A DNA stretch of 64,000 bases from a bacterium (lineage in GTDB: Bacteria; UBA8248; JACPRG01; G963555815). The stretch covers positions 1,248,001-1,312,000 of the forward strand of contig CBDHDG010000007.1 in assembly GCA_965261595.1 (NCBI GenBank). Direction: 5' to 3'. The notes beneath the pieces are model-generated. The model was not told where the DNA came from, ran no database searches, and saw nothing but the letters and a program-made list of their open reading frames with translations. The position numbers were made by a program, and so were the translations under genes. Position 1 is the stretch's first letter. Every line of letters starts with the position of its first letter. Below, one piece after another: positions 31,340-41,902 of this stretch.

Positions 31340-34073
31340 ACGATACACTAGTTGCAATTGTCATATTTGCATCTGTCAGGGCAGTGAATTTTGCACAATC
31401 CTCCTGGACTAAGATTCTGGGTTTAAGGAAAAGGTTTCACTCTGTTGAATTTCGGCTAAACGCAGTTGAGCATTGGATTGGGGGCCGGATCTCGGAACAA
31501 CAATTGTCGCGTGGCTCAGCAATTTTCTCGCGGCCTCAGATATCCTCGCCTTTCGATGGCCGCGGAACTTGGCAGATGATCGGAGGACAAGGCATCAATG
31601 GAAGTTAAGAGAAGGACAAATACGAACGGTCAAGATCTTTCGAAGTATTCAAAGGGCGCCTTTTTGTTGGGCTCGAACAGCCTAAAGGCGAGGTTTGGGC
31701 GTGGGACGGGAAGGCCTGGGAGAAGGTTTGCGGCGATGGAATCGCGGGTTCGTGGTCCGAAAGCTTGGGTGTTCCCGTGCTGAAGGCGTCCAATGGTCGT
31801 CTTTACGCGGGTGTCTATTATGACCGCCAACTTCGCGGCGAGGTGTGGGCATATGACGGTGCGAAATGGGAGGCGGTTGGTCAGCCTAGATCAATAAAAG
31901 GTCAGCTGGAAAAAGGGTTTTGCAGTCCGTATTCCATGACCGTCATGGATGACTCTCTAATTATCGGATTCACAAGCCGAAAGCAGGCTTGCCTTTTCAG
32001 CTTTAATGGAAAAAGGTGGCTCGACCTCGCGGGAAAATGGATCGAGGATTACGTGGGCGTTTACGAGATCTGGCGGCATGGCGGTGGACCGCCCCTGGGT
32101 TATTGGACACTCGGGTGAGGGTATTCGACCTCATGCGGCCTCCGCAACTTGAGCGAGTTTTTCCTGCCTTGCCTGGGCCGGCGTTCGGTAGCCGTAGCCC
32201 TCGAGAATCCAATGATGGTTGTACAGGTTTTTGAACTCAAGCAGCGCCCACCGCAGTTCCTCTACGGTGGCGAAAGAGCGCACCCACAGGAGATTCTCCT
32301 TCAAGATGCGGATAAACCACTCACAGTAGCCATTTCCCTCGGGCGCCCGCACGAAGCTGGGCGAACTGGTCATGCCCAGGTAGGCGATCTCCCGCTGAAA
32401 GTCATCGGACAGATAGGCGGGGCCGTGGTCGTGACGAACTTTAAGCCCCTCGGCGACGTCCGCCTCCAAGCCGGCGAAGCGCTCGGCGACCCCCTGCCGG
32501 ATCGGCTCCAGGGCCTCGAAGCGGTTGCCGCTCTTGGCCGCATGGATCCCCACGCAGTCCACCGAGCAGTGATCCACCGCCACGAACACCGAGGCCATCC
32601 CCTCCTCGGTGGTCACCGTCGTCGTCATGTCCGTGCCCCACATTCGGTCGGGCCGCTCGGTGCGGATGGTCCCGTTGTGGGCCTTGGGACCTCGGGGTTT
32701 GCCCACCCGGTGAGGGGCCTGAAGCCCCGCCTCCCGCATCAGGCGACGCACCCGCTCCTTGCTGGTGCGGATGCCCGCGAAGCGCAGCCTCGCCCACACC
32801 TTGCGGTAGCCCTCGCCATGGAAGGGAGAGTCCTCCAGGACCTGCCGGATGTGGCCGAGGAGTTCCGCATCGGTGCACGGGCCCACAGGGCCGCGCTTAT
32901 TGGGCGTGGGGCGTTCATGAACGGGGACCGCCTCTCGCCGCCGTTGCGCGTAGACCGTGGAGCGCGCCAAGCCCCAAAGGGCGCACACCCGCTTCAGGCC
33001 GTAGGCTCTGCCCGTGGAGGTGAAGCGGGCCTGACTCATCGCCTCCACCTCCTGCCGGCTAAAGGGCGGCCGGCCTCCAGGCGGTCGATCTTCTCCCGCA
33101 GGACCTCGCCCTCCATCGTGAGTTCGCCCACCTTGGCCTTGAGCCGGGCGTTCTCCTCGTCCCGCTCATCCGCCGGGCGGGCTTTGAGCGCCGCCTCGCC
33201 CCCGCGAAGGAACGCCTCGCGCCAGGCGGAAAGCCGAGCCGCTGTCGTGCCCAACTCGCGGCAGAGCGTCTCCAGGCTCTCGCCCCGCAAAAGACGCAGG
33301 ACCGCCTCCCGCTTGCGCTGGCAGGAGAACCGACCCCGCTCACTGCGATGCCCTGGGGCCTTGGCTCCGTTCGCCCTACGGGCGCCCTCCGCCAAAGCCC
33401 CCTCTTGCTTTTGTTCGTTCATCGCGACACCCCTTTCTCCATGAATCATGGATCAATCGAGTGTCCAACAAAACCCTAGAGCGGGGGAGCGGTTTCCTAT
33501 TTGTTGGGATGTATAAGAATCGATTGGGCAATGGCCATGTATACCGTTATGATGGAAAATCATGGGAGAAAGTCGGTGGAGATGGAATCCGTGGTAGCTG
33601 GATTAATAAAGACATGTATCTAGTGGAGGCATTTGCCAGTTACCAGGGACGTCTGATTGCGTCATTGACCCGTTACCCAGCTGTGCCGGGAAGCTTCTCG
33701 TCTGTTTGGGCATTTGATGGGGACAATTGGAAGCCAATCGAGTTGGCCGATGAACAAAAATCTTTGCAAAGAATCCATAACTATAATCGCCATATTAGTC
33801 TACAAAGAGCATTTGTATATTGGCGTTGGGGGTTATCCTGATGCTGATGGCAAAGCAGGGGTTTGGGAGCTATCCAATGGCGATGTTTGGTTGCAGGTTG
33901 GTGGCAATGGAATATTTGGATCATGGACCCCGAAAAGACCGATGATTACACAGCCTGGGGGCGGGATGGAGTACGTTTACCGAATGATCGAATATGATGG
34001 GACACTTGTCGCCGGTTTCGGCGACAGCCCGGGTATGGCGAAGGTTTGGCAATATCGTCCAGCATCCGATTAA
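31340..34073 (+). pseudogene. beta-propeller-like repeat protein disrupted by TAA, IS insertion and frameshift
   Basis: Repeats W/Y-x-Y/F-DG-xx-W-xx-VGG-x-GI-x-GSW; frame rejoins across IS copy 4 once the GCGG TSD is removed. Confidence 0.75.
32085..33488 (-). mobile_element. IS3-like element copy 4
   Basis: Near-identical to copy 1; TSD GCGG. Confidence 0.95.
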
Positions 34074-34213
34074 TCCCATGTTTCACGGAGCAAATATTTT
34101 ACCCCCCCGCTATCGAAATTAGGACACTACCGGAAAATCGCTCGGCTTGACTTGGCCGAATTCCCCCAACTATTCTCGTTTCACCGATTTGCGCGGATCA
34201 ACGGGAGTCCGCG

Positions 34214-35608
34214 ATGGACGAGCCGATGGAGCTTTTTGAATCCCAGGAACCGTACGAATTAGGGAAAACCGGCGAAGAAGACCGGCCGGATGCCGAGACC
34301 TCCCGGCCTCTCGCCGACCGGGTGCGTCCGGAGCGGCTCGAGGAGTTCGTCGGCCAGGAGGAAATCCTCGGGGAAGGCCGGGTCCTGCGGCGGATCATCG
34401 AGGCCGACGAGCCGACCTCCATCCTTCTCTGGGGACCCCCGGGATGCGGCAAGACCACCCTCGCCCGGGTCATCGCGAACCGCACGGGCGCACACTTCAT
34501 CCCCTTCAGCGCCGTCCTGGGCGGGGTGAAAGAGCTTCGGGAGATCATCGAAATCGCCCGGAAGGTCCGCCGCGCCCAGAACCGCCGGACCGTTTTGTTC
34601 GTCGATGAGATCCATCGCTTCAACAAGGCCCAGCAGGACGCCTTCCTCCCCCATGTGGAGTCGGGGCTGATCACCCTCATCGGGGCCACGACGGAGAATC
34701 CCTCCTTCGAGATCATCTCGGCCCTCCTCTCCCGGTGCCGGGTATTCGTCCTGGAGACCTTGACCCACGACCAGATCCGGACCCTTCTGGCTCGCGCGCT
34801 CGAAGCCCAAGAGGGTCTCGCCCCGCTGCGCGTAGAGGTGGACGGGGAGGCCCTCGAGCATCTGGCCAGGATGTCCAACGGAGACGCCCGCATCGCCCTG
34901 AACGCCCTGGAGATGGCCGTGCTGGCCGCCGAGCCGGACGGCGGGGGACGACGGAGGGTCTCCCTGGAGGATGCCGAGGGCGCCCTTCAACGCCGGGCCC
35001 TGCTCTACGACCGGGCCGGCGAGGAGCACTTCAACGTCATCTCGGCCCTGCACAAGAGCCTCCGGGGAAGCGACCCCGACGCGGCTCTTTACTGGCTGGC
35101 CCGGATGATCGATGCGGGGGAGGACCCCATGTACATTGCCCGGAGGATGGTCCGCTTCGCCTCGGAAGACATCGGAATGGCCGACCCAGGCGCCCTCGCG
35201 CAGGCCCTCGCCGCAAAGGACGCTTTCCACTTCATCGGTCCGCCCGAAGGTTATCTGGCCCTGGCCCAGGCGGCCGTCTACCTGGCCACCGCCCCCAAGA
35301 GCAACGCCCTCTACCGGGCCTACGGGGCGGCGACGCGCGACGTTCAAGAGACGATGAACGAGCCGGTCCCCCTCCACATCCGCAACGCGCCGACCCGCTT
35401 GATGTCCGAGCTGGGATACGGAAAGGGATACCGGTACGCCCACGACGAGGAGGACGCCTTCGCGCCGGAGCAGACGCATCTACCCGATAATCTCGCGGAC
35501 CGGACGTACTACCGCCCCACGGACCGGGGTTTCGAGAAGACCGTGGGGGAGCGCCTGGCGAGCTGGCGGGCGCTGGTCCGCCGGGCCCGAGAGAAAGAGA
35601 ACCCCTGA
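34214..35608 (+). CDS. rarA: replication-associated recombination protein A (AAA+ ATPase)
   Basis: PLADRVRP, WGPPGCGKTT, VDEIHRFNKAQQD, GATTENP, ISALHKSLRGSD, ASEDIGMAD. Confidence 0.96.
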   Translation: MDEPMELFESQEPYELGKTGEEDRPDAETSRPLADRVRPERLEEFVGQEEILGEGRVLRRIIEADEPTSILLWGPPGCGKTTLARVIANRTGAHFIPFSAVLGGVKELREIIEIARKVRRAQNRRTVLFVDEIHRFNKAQQDAFLPHVESGLITLIGATTENPSFEIISALLSRCRVFVLETLTHDQIRTLLARALEAQEGLAPLRVEVDGEALEHLARMSNGDARIALNALEMAVLAAEPDGGGRRRVSLEDAEGALQRRALLYDRAGEEHFNVISALHKSLRGSDPDAALYWLARMIDAGEDPMYIARRMVRFASEDIGMADPGALAQALAAKDAFHFIGPPEGYLALAQAAVYLATAPKSNALYRAYGAATRDVQETMNEPVPLHIRNAPTRLMSELGYGKGYRYAHDEEDAFAPEQTHLPDNLADRTYYRPTDRGFEKTVGERLASWRALVRRAREKENP

Positions 35609-35726
35609 CGCCTGTTCCTCGGAAACCATTGGACGCAAGGAAAGGCGGGGCAGGGAGGTCCGAGAGGGAATCCACCCATTCGCGAAAGTGGTGTGGCGCG
35701 GGGACGGGAATTGTCTCGGAGGCCCT

Positions 35727-36143
35727 CTATCCCACGACCTGGACGATTACCCGCCGGTCCCTGGGCCGGTTGTCGCAATCGAGGAGGACGATCTGCTGCC
35801 AGGTTCCCAGGAGGAGGCGACCCTGGACGAAGGGGACGGAGAGCGCGGGGCCCAGGAGGGCGGCCCGGACGTGGGAGAAACCGTTTCCGTCCCCCCACCG
35901 CGCGTCATGCTCATAAGGGATGTCACGGGGGGCGATGCGCTCGAGGGCGGCCTTCAGGTCCACGACGGCGCCGGCCTCGAATTCAATCGTCGTCACGCCC
36001 GCTGTCGACCCCGGGACGAAGACCGTCGCGGTTCCGGCCTCGATTCCGGATTCCGCGACGCACCCGGCGACCCGCTCCGTGATGTCGTGGGCGTCCCCGA
36101 AACCCCGGGTGGACAGCGAGAATTCAATCGCGCGCGCGGTCAT
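35727..36143 (-). CDS. yjbQ: YjbQ/UPF0047 family protein
   Basis: GSTAGVTTIE, YEHD..GDGNGFSH, LGTWQQI. Confidence 0.9.
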   Translation of the reverse strand: MTARAIEFSLSTRGFGDAHDITERVAGCVAESGIEAGTATVFVPGSTAGVTTIEFEAGAVVDLKAALERIAPRDIPYEHDARWGDGNGFSHVRAALLGPALSVPFVQGRLLLGTWQQIVLLDCDNRPRDRRVIVQVVG

Positions 36144-37600
36144 GGCCTTCCCCGGTGATCGCTCGACTCCGATCGCGCGCCCTCCCGGTCGATCTTCAGG
36201 GTCAAAGGCGTGCAGCCGATCCCCCGATCCTTGTAAGGGGTGGCCATGGCCTGGGCGATCCGGAGCGGGTCCGCTTTCCCCGCGATGGACAGGGCGATGA
36301 CCGTGGGCCCGGCCCCGCTCAAGGCGACCCCGGCCGCCCCGGCCTTTCGCGCGGCGGAGAAGGCGTCGTCGATCGGACCCATGAGGTGGGCGCGATGGGG
36401 CTGGTGCAGCCGGTCCTGCATGGCCAGCGGCAAGAGGGCGCCGTTTCCCTCGGCGAGGGCGACCATCAGAAGCGCGGTCCGCTGGACGTTGAAAACCGCT
36501 TGGTCGTGGGGCAGGGATTCGGGGAGGGCGTCGCGGGCCTTGGGGGTGGAGACCTCGAAATTCGGGACCGCCAGCGAGATCTGAATCTTATCCGACAGGG
36601 CCGCGCGCACGGCGAGAAGATCGCTTCCCGCGCCCGCCGCCACTGTGAGCCCGCCCAGGAGGGAGGGGGCGGCGTTGTCGGCGTGGCCCTCCAGGGCCTC
36701 GGCCCGCTTCAGCACCTCCGCCGGCTCGACGGAGAGGCCGCACCAGGTCCGGGCCGCCAGCAGCCCTCCGACCCGGGCGGCCGCGCTGCTTCCCAGGCCC
36801 CTCGCCAGGGGGATGGTGTTTTCGAGCGTCAGCCGAAGCGGGGGCCGCTCGATCTTCGCGTCCTGAAAGACGGATTCAACGGCCTGAAAGACGATGTTCG
36901 TCGCGTCCGCCGGAAGGGCCGATTCGCCCTCGCCCGAGATCCGGACTTCGTCCCGTTCGGATTCCTCGAGGCTCACGCGGTTATAGAGCTGGAGGGCGAG
37001 CCCGAGGGTGTCGTACCCGGGGCCCAGATTGGCCGCCGAGGCCGGGACGACGACCCGGACCCGGCGGGCGGGGGCGGATCGTCCGCGCTCCGCCGGAGGC
37101 GTCCGGGGTCCGGGAGAAACAGGCGCGGGGCCCGCCGCGGAGAAGGTCTCGTCATAGAACGCCTGAACGGCCTGGGTGATGGTGGCGTAGCTGCTTCGAT
37201 AGTGAAAGGCGGACCCCCCGAGCGGATCGGCGATCGTATCGTCACCCGCCCCGATGACGCGGCGCGCCAGGAACTCAACCTTGCCCGCGGCTTCGGGAGC
37301 GTGGGATTGGATGAAATCGAGGTGCTCGGGCGCCATGACGATGATGCGGTCGGCCTGTTTCAACAACTCGGGGGTCAGGGGCCTCGCCCGGTGAGATTCG
37401 AGATTCAGCCCGATGTGCGCGGCGGTCTGGATTCCCTCCTCGGGCGTCCGGTTTCCCCGCATGGCATGGGTCCCCGCCGAAGAGACGGTGACGCCCGGCG
37501 GTCCCCCCTGCTGGATGAGACTCCTCAGGTAGACCTCCGCCATCGGGCTTCGGCAAATGTTTCCCGTACAGACGAACAGGACGTTTTTGGGTTCCGTCAT
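36140..37600 (-). CDS. thrB: fusion: low-molecular-weight protein phosphatase + homoserine kinase
   Basis: N-terminal VLFVCTGNICRSPMAE..ADP; C-terminal PASAANLGPGYD, IPLARGLGSSAAA, EGHADN, DRLHQP, SGAGPT. Confidence 0.9.
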   Translation of the reverse strand: MTEPKNVLFVCTGNICRSPMAEVYLRSLIQQGGPPGVTVSSAGTHAMRGNRTPEEGIQTAAHIGLNLESHRARPLTPELLKQADRIIVMAPEHLDFIQSHAPEAAGKVEFLARRVIGAGDDTIADPLGGSAFHYRSSYATITQAVQAFYDETFSAAGPAPVSPGPRTPPAERGRSAPARRVRVVVPASAANLGPGYDTLGLALQLYNRVSLEESERDEVRISGEGESALPADATNIVFQAVESVFQDAKIERPPLRLTLENTIPLARGLGSSAAARVGGLLAARTWCGLSVEPAEVLKRAEALEGHADNAAPSLLGGLTVAAGAGSDLLAVRAALSDKIQISLAVPNFEVSTPKARDALPESLPHDQAVFNVQRTALLMVALAEGNGALLPLAMQDRLHQPHRAHLMGPIDDAFSAARKAGAAGVALSGAGPTVIALSIAGKADPLRIAQAMATPYKDRGIGCTPLTLKIDREGARSESSDHRGRP

Positions 37601-37673
37601 GGGTTCCGGCGTTGTTTGGCGTGCGGCGGGTCAAGGTTCCGGAGAGCCTGATGAGACGCGGCCGAATCTTTCT

Positions 37674-38522
37674 TTACGGTCTGGACAGCGTGAGCCCCAG
37701 GCGGTCCTCACCCCGGTGGATAGAGAGCCGGACGGCTTCGTTTCGGGATCGGGCCGAGCGCATCAGGTGCAGGAAATTCTTCAACCCCCGCACCGAGAGG
37801 TCGTTGGCCTGAAGAACAACGTCCCCGCGCTTTAGACCGTCCCGCGCTCCCCGGCTTTCGAGCCTCACATGGGTGATCAGGATGGAGCCGATCCTGGCCC
37901 CGCGAAAGTGGGGAAGCAGCTCGCCTGTGATTTCCTGAACCGATAGGCCGTACCCCGGCACCACGGATGTCATCGAGCCGTCCTCGGGCTGGATGTGTCC
38001 GGCGCGGGCCAGCACCCCGGTGGACACGAAAATGGGGGCGTCCGTCCTCAACGCCAGGGCCACCGCGTCGCTCGGCCGGCTGTCCACGCGAAGAATTTTG
38101 TCGTCCGCCCGCAGGGTCATGGCGGCGATAAATGTATTTTCCCGGAGCTCGGTGATCGTGATCCGGAGCACCCTTGCTTTCAGATCCTGGAGAAGGTTCC
38201 GCAGCAGGTCATGCGTCATGGGCCGCGGGGCGCTCACATGACGAAGCGCCATGAGGATGGCTTTCGCCTCCGAGGCGCCGATCCAAAGGGGGAGGATTTT
38301 TCGGCCGGTCTTGACGTCTTCCAGAACCAGAACGGGCGTCCGGCGTCGGGGATCGGAAATCACGCCCCGGACCTTCATCCGCTCCACGGCCGGCCCGGCC
38401 CCGTCGGCGGAAAGCGCGAGGAAGAGCGGGATCGCGCAAACGGCCGCGGCCACCGGCCCGATGGCACTCATCCGGCCGGTGGTCCCCTTCGTTCCCATCC
38501 GTTGAGGCCGTCCGCTCCGCAT
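37674..38522 (-). CDS. bifunctional nuclease-like (DUF151) domain + C-terminal PDZ domain
   Basis: LPLWIGASEA..PRPMTHDL..DSRPSDAVALALR; GLSVQEIT..GLKRGDVVLQAND; start uncertain (38471-38522). Confidence 0.8.
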   Translation of the reverse strand: MRSGRPQRMGTKGTTGRMSAIGPVAAAVCAIPLFLALSADGAGPAVERMKVRGVISDPRRRTPVLVLEDVKTGRKILPLWIGASEAKAILMALRHVSAPRPMTHDLLRNLLQDLKARVLRITITELRENTFIAAMTLRADDKILRVDSRPSDAVALALRTDAPIFVSTGVLARAGHIQPEDGSMTSVVPGYGLSVQEITGELLPHFRGARIGSILITHVRLESRGARDGLKRGDVVLQANDLSVRGLKNFLHLMRSARSRNEAVRLSIHRGEDRLGLTLSRP

Positions 38523-38529
38523 GGTCCGC

Positions 38530-40473
38530 TTATTCCGTCTCCGGCGGCGGTCCCGGATCAGATTCGAGCACATCGCCCATGTGATGGACCTGATAGCCGC
38601 CCAATGAGAGGACCTTCTCACGATACGCCGCATGTTTCAGGATATCAAACAGGGGGCCCAGGAGGGTGGATTCCAGCGAGGCCCGAGGCGCCACCAAGTC
38701 ATACCGCTCCCAGCCGATGGGGAGGAAATCCAGGTCCAGAACGCGGGCGGCCGACAGGACGCCCAGCCCCGCGTCGGCCGCTCCGCTCGAGACCGCGGCC
38801 GCGACCGCCATGTGGGTGGTCACGACGCGGTCGTAGCCCTGGATGGCGTCCGGGTCGATTCCCGTCTTTTCCAGCCGGTGGTCCAGCAGGATTCTTGTGC
38901 CCGCGCCGCGCTGCCGGTTGACGAACCGGATGTTTTCCCGGGCCAGGTCGGCGAGGCCCGCGATGCCCAGTGGGTTTCCCCGGGGGACCAAAAGCCCCTG
39001 TTGCCGGTAGACCAGGTTCACCAGGGCCATCTCGCCGGGAGGGAAGTGCTCGGCGACAGAGGGGAAATTGTACGCGCCCGAATCCGGGTCCAGCAGGTGG
39101 CAGCCCGCCAAGTGAGCCTCCCCCCCTTTCAGGGCCAGAAGGCCGTCGAGGCTGCCCATGGGCGCCTTGGACAGATAGACGCCGGGAACGCGCTCGGCCA
39201 GGGCGACCCCGAGAAGGTCCAAAGCCAGGTCGTGGCTTCCCGCCAGAAGGATGTTTCGGCCGATGTCCTCCGCGCCCCGGAAAAGCTCGACCTCGACCTC
39301 CGTCCCCTTACCGAGGCCTTCGACGTTTCGGGGGATGCGGACGACGCCGTCGGCCTCCGCCATTGAGGTGGTTAAGGACGAGGCTCGGGGGAGGGGCAGG
39401 GCGATGGTCCGGCCGTTGACGGTCCCGACCTTGACGCGGACGTGCTCGATCAGACCCAGCCGGGACGGCAGCTTTCGGCCGATCTCGGCCCGGACGCGCG
39501 GGCCCGACGGCGGGGCGACGCCCATCAGCCGGCCGAGCAACGGCCGGACGAACTCGTTGAAGATGACCACGCCCGAGACCGGGAATCCGGGACAGCCGAT
39601 CAGCGGTTTCCCGTCGGCGTGCGCAAAGATGGCCGGCTGTCCCGGCGCGAGGGCGACGCCGTGTTGGATCACCTCGCCGACGGTCTCGAAGACATGGACG
39701 GTGTAGTCCTCCTCCCCGGCGGAGGAGCCGGCGTTGACGACGACGACGTCGTTTTCGGCCAGGGCCGCGCGCACCGCTTCAAGCAGTGCGTCCGGGTCGT
39801 CCGGAACGATGGGGTGGGGGACCCACTCGGCGCCCCACTCCCGGACGAACGCGCCCAGCAACCGGGAGTTGAACTCGATGATGTCACCCGGCTTGAGCGC
39901 CTGCCCGGGCTGAACGAGCTCGGTGCCGGTCGGGAGGATCACCACCCGCGGTTTTCGACGGACGGAGATTTCCGTGAGGCCGCCCGCCAGGAGGGCGCCG
40001 ATGTCATAGGGGCGGATCCGGTGTCCGGGAGGCAGGATGAGCTGGGAGGCCACCAGGTCCTCGCCCAGGGTCCGGACGTGCTGCCAGGGACGGACAGCGG
40101 AGAGGATCTCGATGCGGTCTCCGTCCAGCGGTTGGACGTTCTCGATGATGACGACTGAATCGGTCCCTTCCGGGAGGGGACCGCCCGTATCCACATAGGC
40201 GACCTGGGGGCCGAGCCGCAGCTCGAGCGGATGGCTCTCGCTCGCGCCGACGGTGGCGGCCGCCTCGACGGCCACGCCGTCCATGGCGGCCCCGTGATAA
40301 TGGGGCGAGGAGACTTCGGCCAGGATGGGTTCCCCGGTGACCCGCCCGAGGGCGTCCTGGATGGTAACCCGCTCGGCGGGAATGGGATCGGGGACGCGGA
40401 CGGCTTCCAGAAACGCGGGGAGAACCTCCTCCAGCGGTTTACGGTCCAGGTACATCTTCCGCTTGGTTTTCAT
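38530..40473 (-). CDS. moeA: MoeA fused to periplasmic-binding-protein-like domain
   Basis: AAMDG, PTGTEL, PGFPVS; C-terminal GSHD, GSLDGL, FVNRQRGAGTR. Confidence 0.92.
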   Translation of the reverse strand: MKTKRKMYLDRKPLEEVLPAFLEAVRVPDPIPAERVTIQDALGRVTGEPILAEVSSPHYHGAAMDGVAVEAAATVGASESHPLELRLGPQVAYVDTGGPLPEGTDSVVIIENVQPLDGDRIEILSAVRPWQHVRTLGEDLVASQLILPPGHRIRPYDIGALLAGGLTEISVRRKPRVVILPTGTELVQPGQALKPGDIIEFNSRLLGAFVREWGAEWVPHPIVPDDPDALLEAVRAALAENDVVVVNAGSSAGEEDYTVHVFETVGEVIQHGVALAPGQPAIFAHADGKPLIGCPGFPVSGVVIFNEFVRPLLGRLMGVAPPSGPRVRAEIGRKLPSRLGLIEHVRVKVGTVNGRTIALPLPRASSLTTSMAEADGVVRIPRNVEGLGKGTEVEVELFRGAEDIGRNILLAGSHDLALDLLGVALAERVPGVYLSKAPMGSLDGLLALKGGEAHLAGCHLLDPDSGAYNFPSVAEHFPPGEMALVNLVYRQQGLLVPRGNPLGIAGLADLARENIRFVNRQRGAGTRILLDHRLEKTGIDPDAIQGYDRVVTTHMAVAAAVSSGAADAGLGVLSAARVLDLDFLPIGWERYDLVAPRASLESTLLGPLFDILKHAAYREKVLSLGGYQVHHMGDVLESDPGPPPETE

Positions 40474-40584
40474 CCTTCTATTTCCCTTGCAAGGTCAAGC
40501 TTGTTCCGGCGTCCGAACGTCTCCGTCCGGCGACCAGCCTTCAGCGGGCGGATTTTCCGGACCGGTTTTGTTCGGGGGGGATGG

Positions 40585-41811
40585 TCAAAAGGAGTGTACG
40601 CGGACGCGCTCTCCCTGGACGAGTCCCTCGGAATCCACCCCGACGATGATGAATCCGTCGGCTTTCACCATGGTGGAGATCATGCTCGAGCTCCCCAGCA
40701 CCGGGTACGCGAGGAGGCCGTCCTCGGTCCGGTCCAATCGGACGCGGATGTAATCTTCCCGGCCCGACGCGGAAGGGAGGTTGCGGGACAGCGCCGCCTC
40801 CGTCCAGATCGCCTCGGCATCGGACCGTCTTCCCTGCAGCCGGTGCAGAAGCGGTTTCAGGAAAACCTGAAAGACCATCATGTTGGAGACGGGATGTCCC
40901 GGAACGCCGATAACGGCCTTCGGCCCGATGCGGCCCACGATGAGCGGCTTGCCGGGTTTGATGGACACCCCGTGGATGAGAACCCCGGGCTCGCCGAGGG
41001 AGTCGATGATCTCGACGCTGTGGTCCCGCTGCCCCATCGAGCTGCCGCCCGACATCAGGACGACGTCATGGTCGCGGTGGGCCTTGCGCACGGTGGCTTC
41101 GAGGGCCGCGGGGTCGTCGCCGACGATTCCGAGAGAAACCGGGACGCCGCCCGCCGCGGCGGTCAGGGCGCTGAGGGTGAACCGGTTGATGTCGCGGATT
41201 TGGCCCGGCTTCGGCGTCTCGGCGGGGTCGACCACCTCGTCTCCGGTGGCGAGGATTGCGACCCGGGGCTTTTTCCGGACCGGGACGCTCGTGATCCCCA
41301 GGCCGCACAGCGCGCCCAGCTCCTGGGGGCGGAGCACGTCCCCGGCGGACAGGATCTTCTCGCCTTGCCGGATGTCCTGTCCGACGCGGACGACGTTTTC
41401 CCAGGGGGCCGCTCCGCGGGCGAGCTGAACGGTCCGGGCGTCGGCGAAAGAGGAGTATTCGTCCATCACGACGGCGTCGGCGCCTTGCGGAATCATCCCG
41501 CCTGTGGGGATCTTGGCCGCCTGGCCGCGCTCGATCGCGAACCCGGGCGCTTCCCCCATGCGGACTTCGCCGATGAATTCGAACTGGATTGCCGAGGAGT
41601 CGCTTGCGCCCGTGGTGTCGGAGGCGCGGACGGCGAAGCCGTCCATGGTCGCCCGCTCGAAGTCCGGCAGGTCCACGGGAGAGCGGACCTCCTCGGCCAG
41701 CACCCGGCCCAGGGCGTCGGCCGTGGGGACGCCCTCCGATGAGAGGGGCTCGAACTGTTCGATGACGGCCAATACCTCGGCCGGCGCGGCCACTTTGAAA
41801 AAGTCTTTCAT
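40585..41811 (-). CDS. moeA: molybdopterin molybdenumtransferase MoeA
   Basis: RATMDGFAV, TGGMIPQGADAV, TGDEV, SGGSSMGQRD, KPGKP, PGHPVS; RBS before 41811. Confidence 0.93.
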   Translation of the reverse strand: MKDFFKVAAPAEVLAVIEQFEPLSSEGVPTADALGRVLAEEVRSPVDLPDFERATMDGFAVRASDTTGASDSSAIQFEFIGEVRMGEAPGFAIERGQAAKIPTGGMIPQGADAVVMDEYSSFADARTVQLARGAAPWENVVRVGQDIRQGEKILSAGDVLRPQELGALCGLGITSVPVRKKPRVAILATGDEVVDPAETPKPGQIRDINRFTLSALTAAAGGVPVSLGIVGDDPAALEATVRKAHRDHDVVLMSGGSSMGQRDHSVEIIDSLGEPGVLIHGVSIKPGKPLIVGRIGPKAVIGVPGHPVSNMMVFQVFLKPLLHRLQGRRSDAEAIWTEAALSRNLPSASGREDYIRVRLDRTEDGLLAYPVLGSSSMISTMVKADGFIIVGVDSEGLVQGERVRVHSF

Positions 41812-41902
41812 GGAGGTTCCACAGGAAACGCCCGCGGCAGGCCTTGGCTCGGGCCGTGCGGGAGTGAGCGAAAGGGTCGAGTCCCTGTTCCCGAGGCGCT
41901 GG

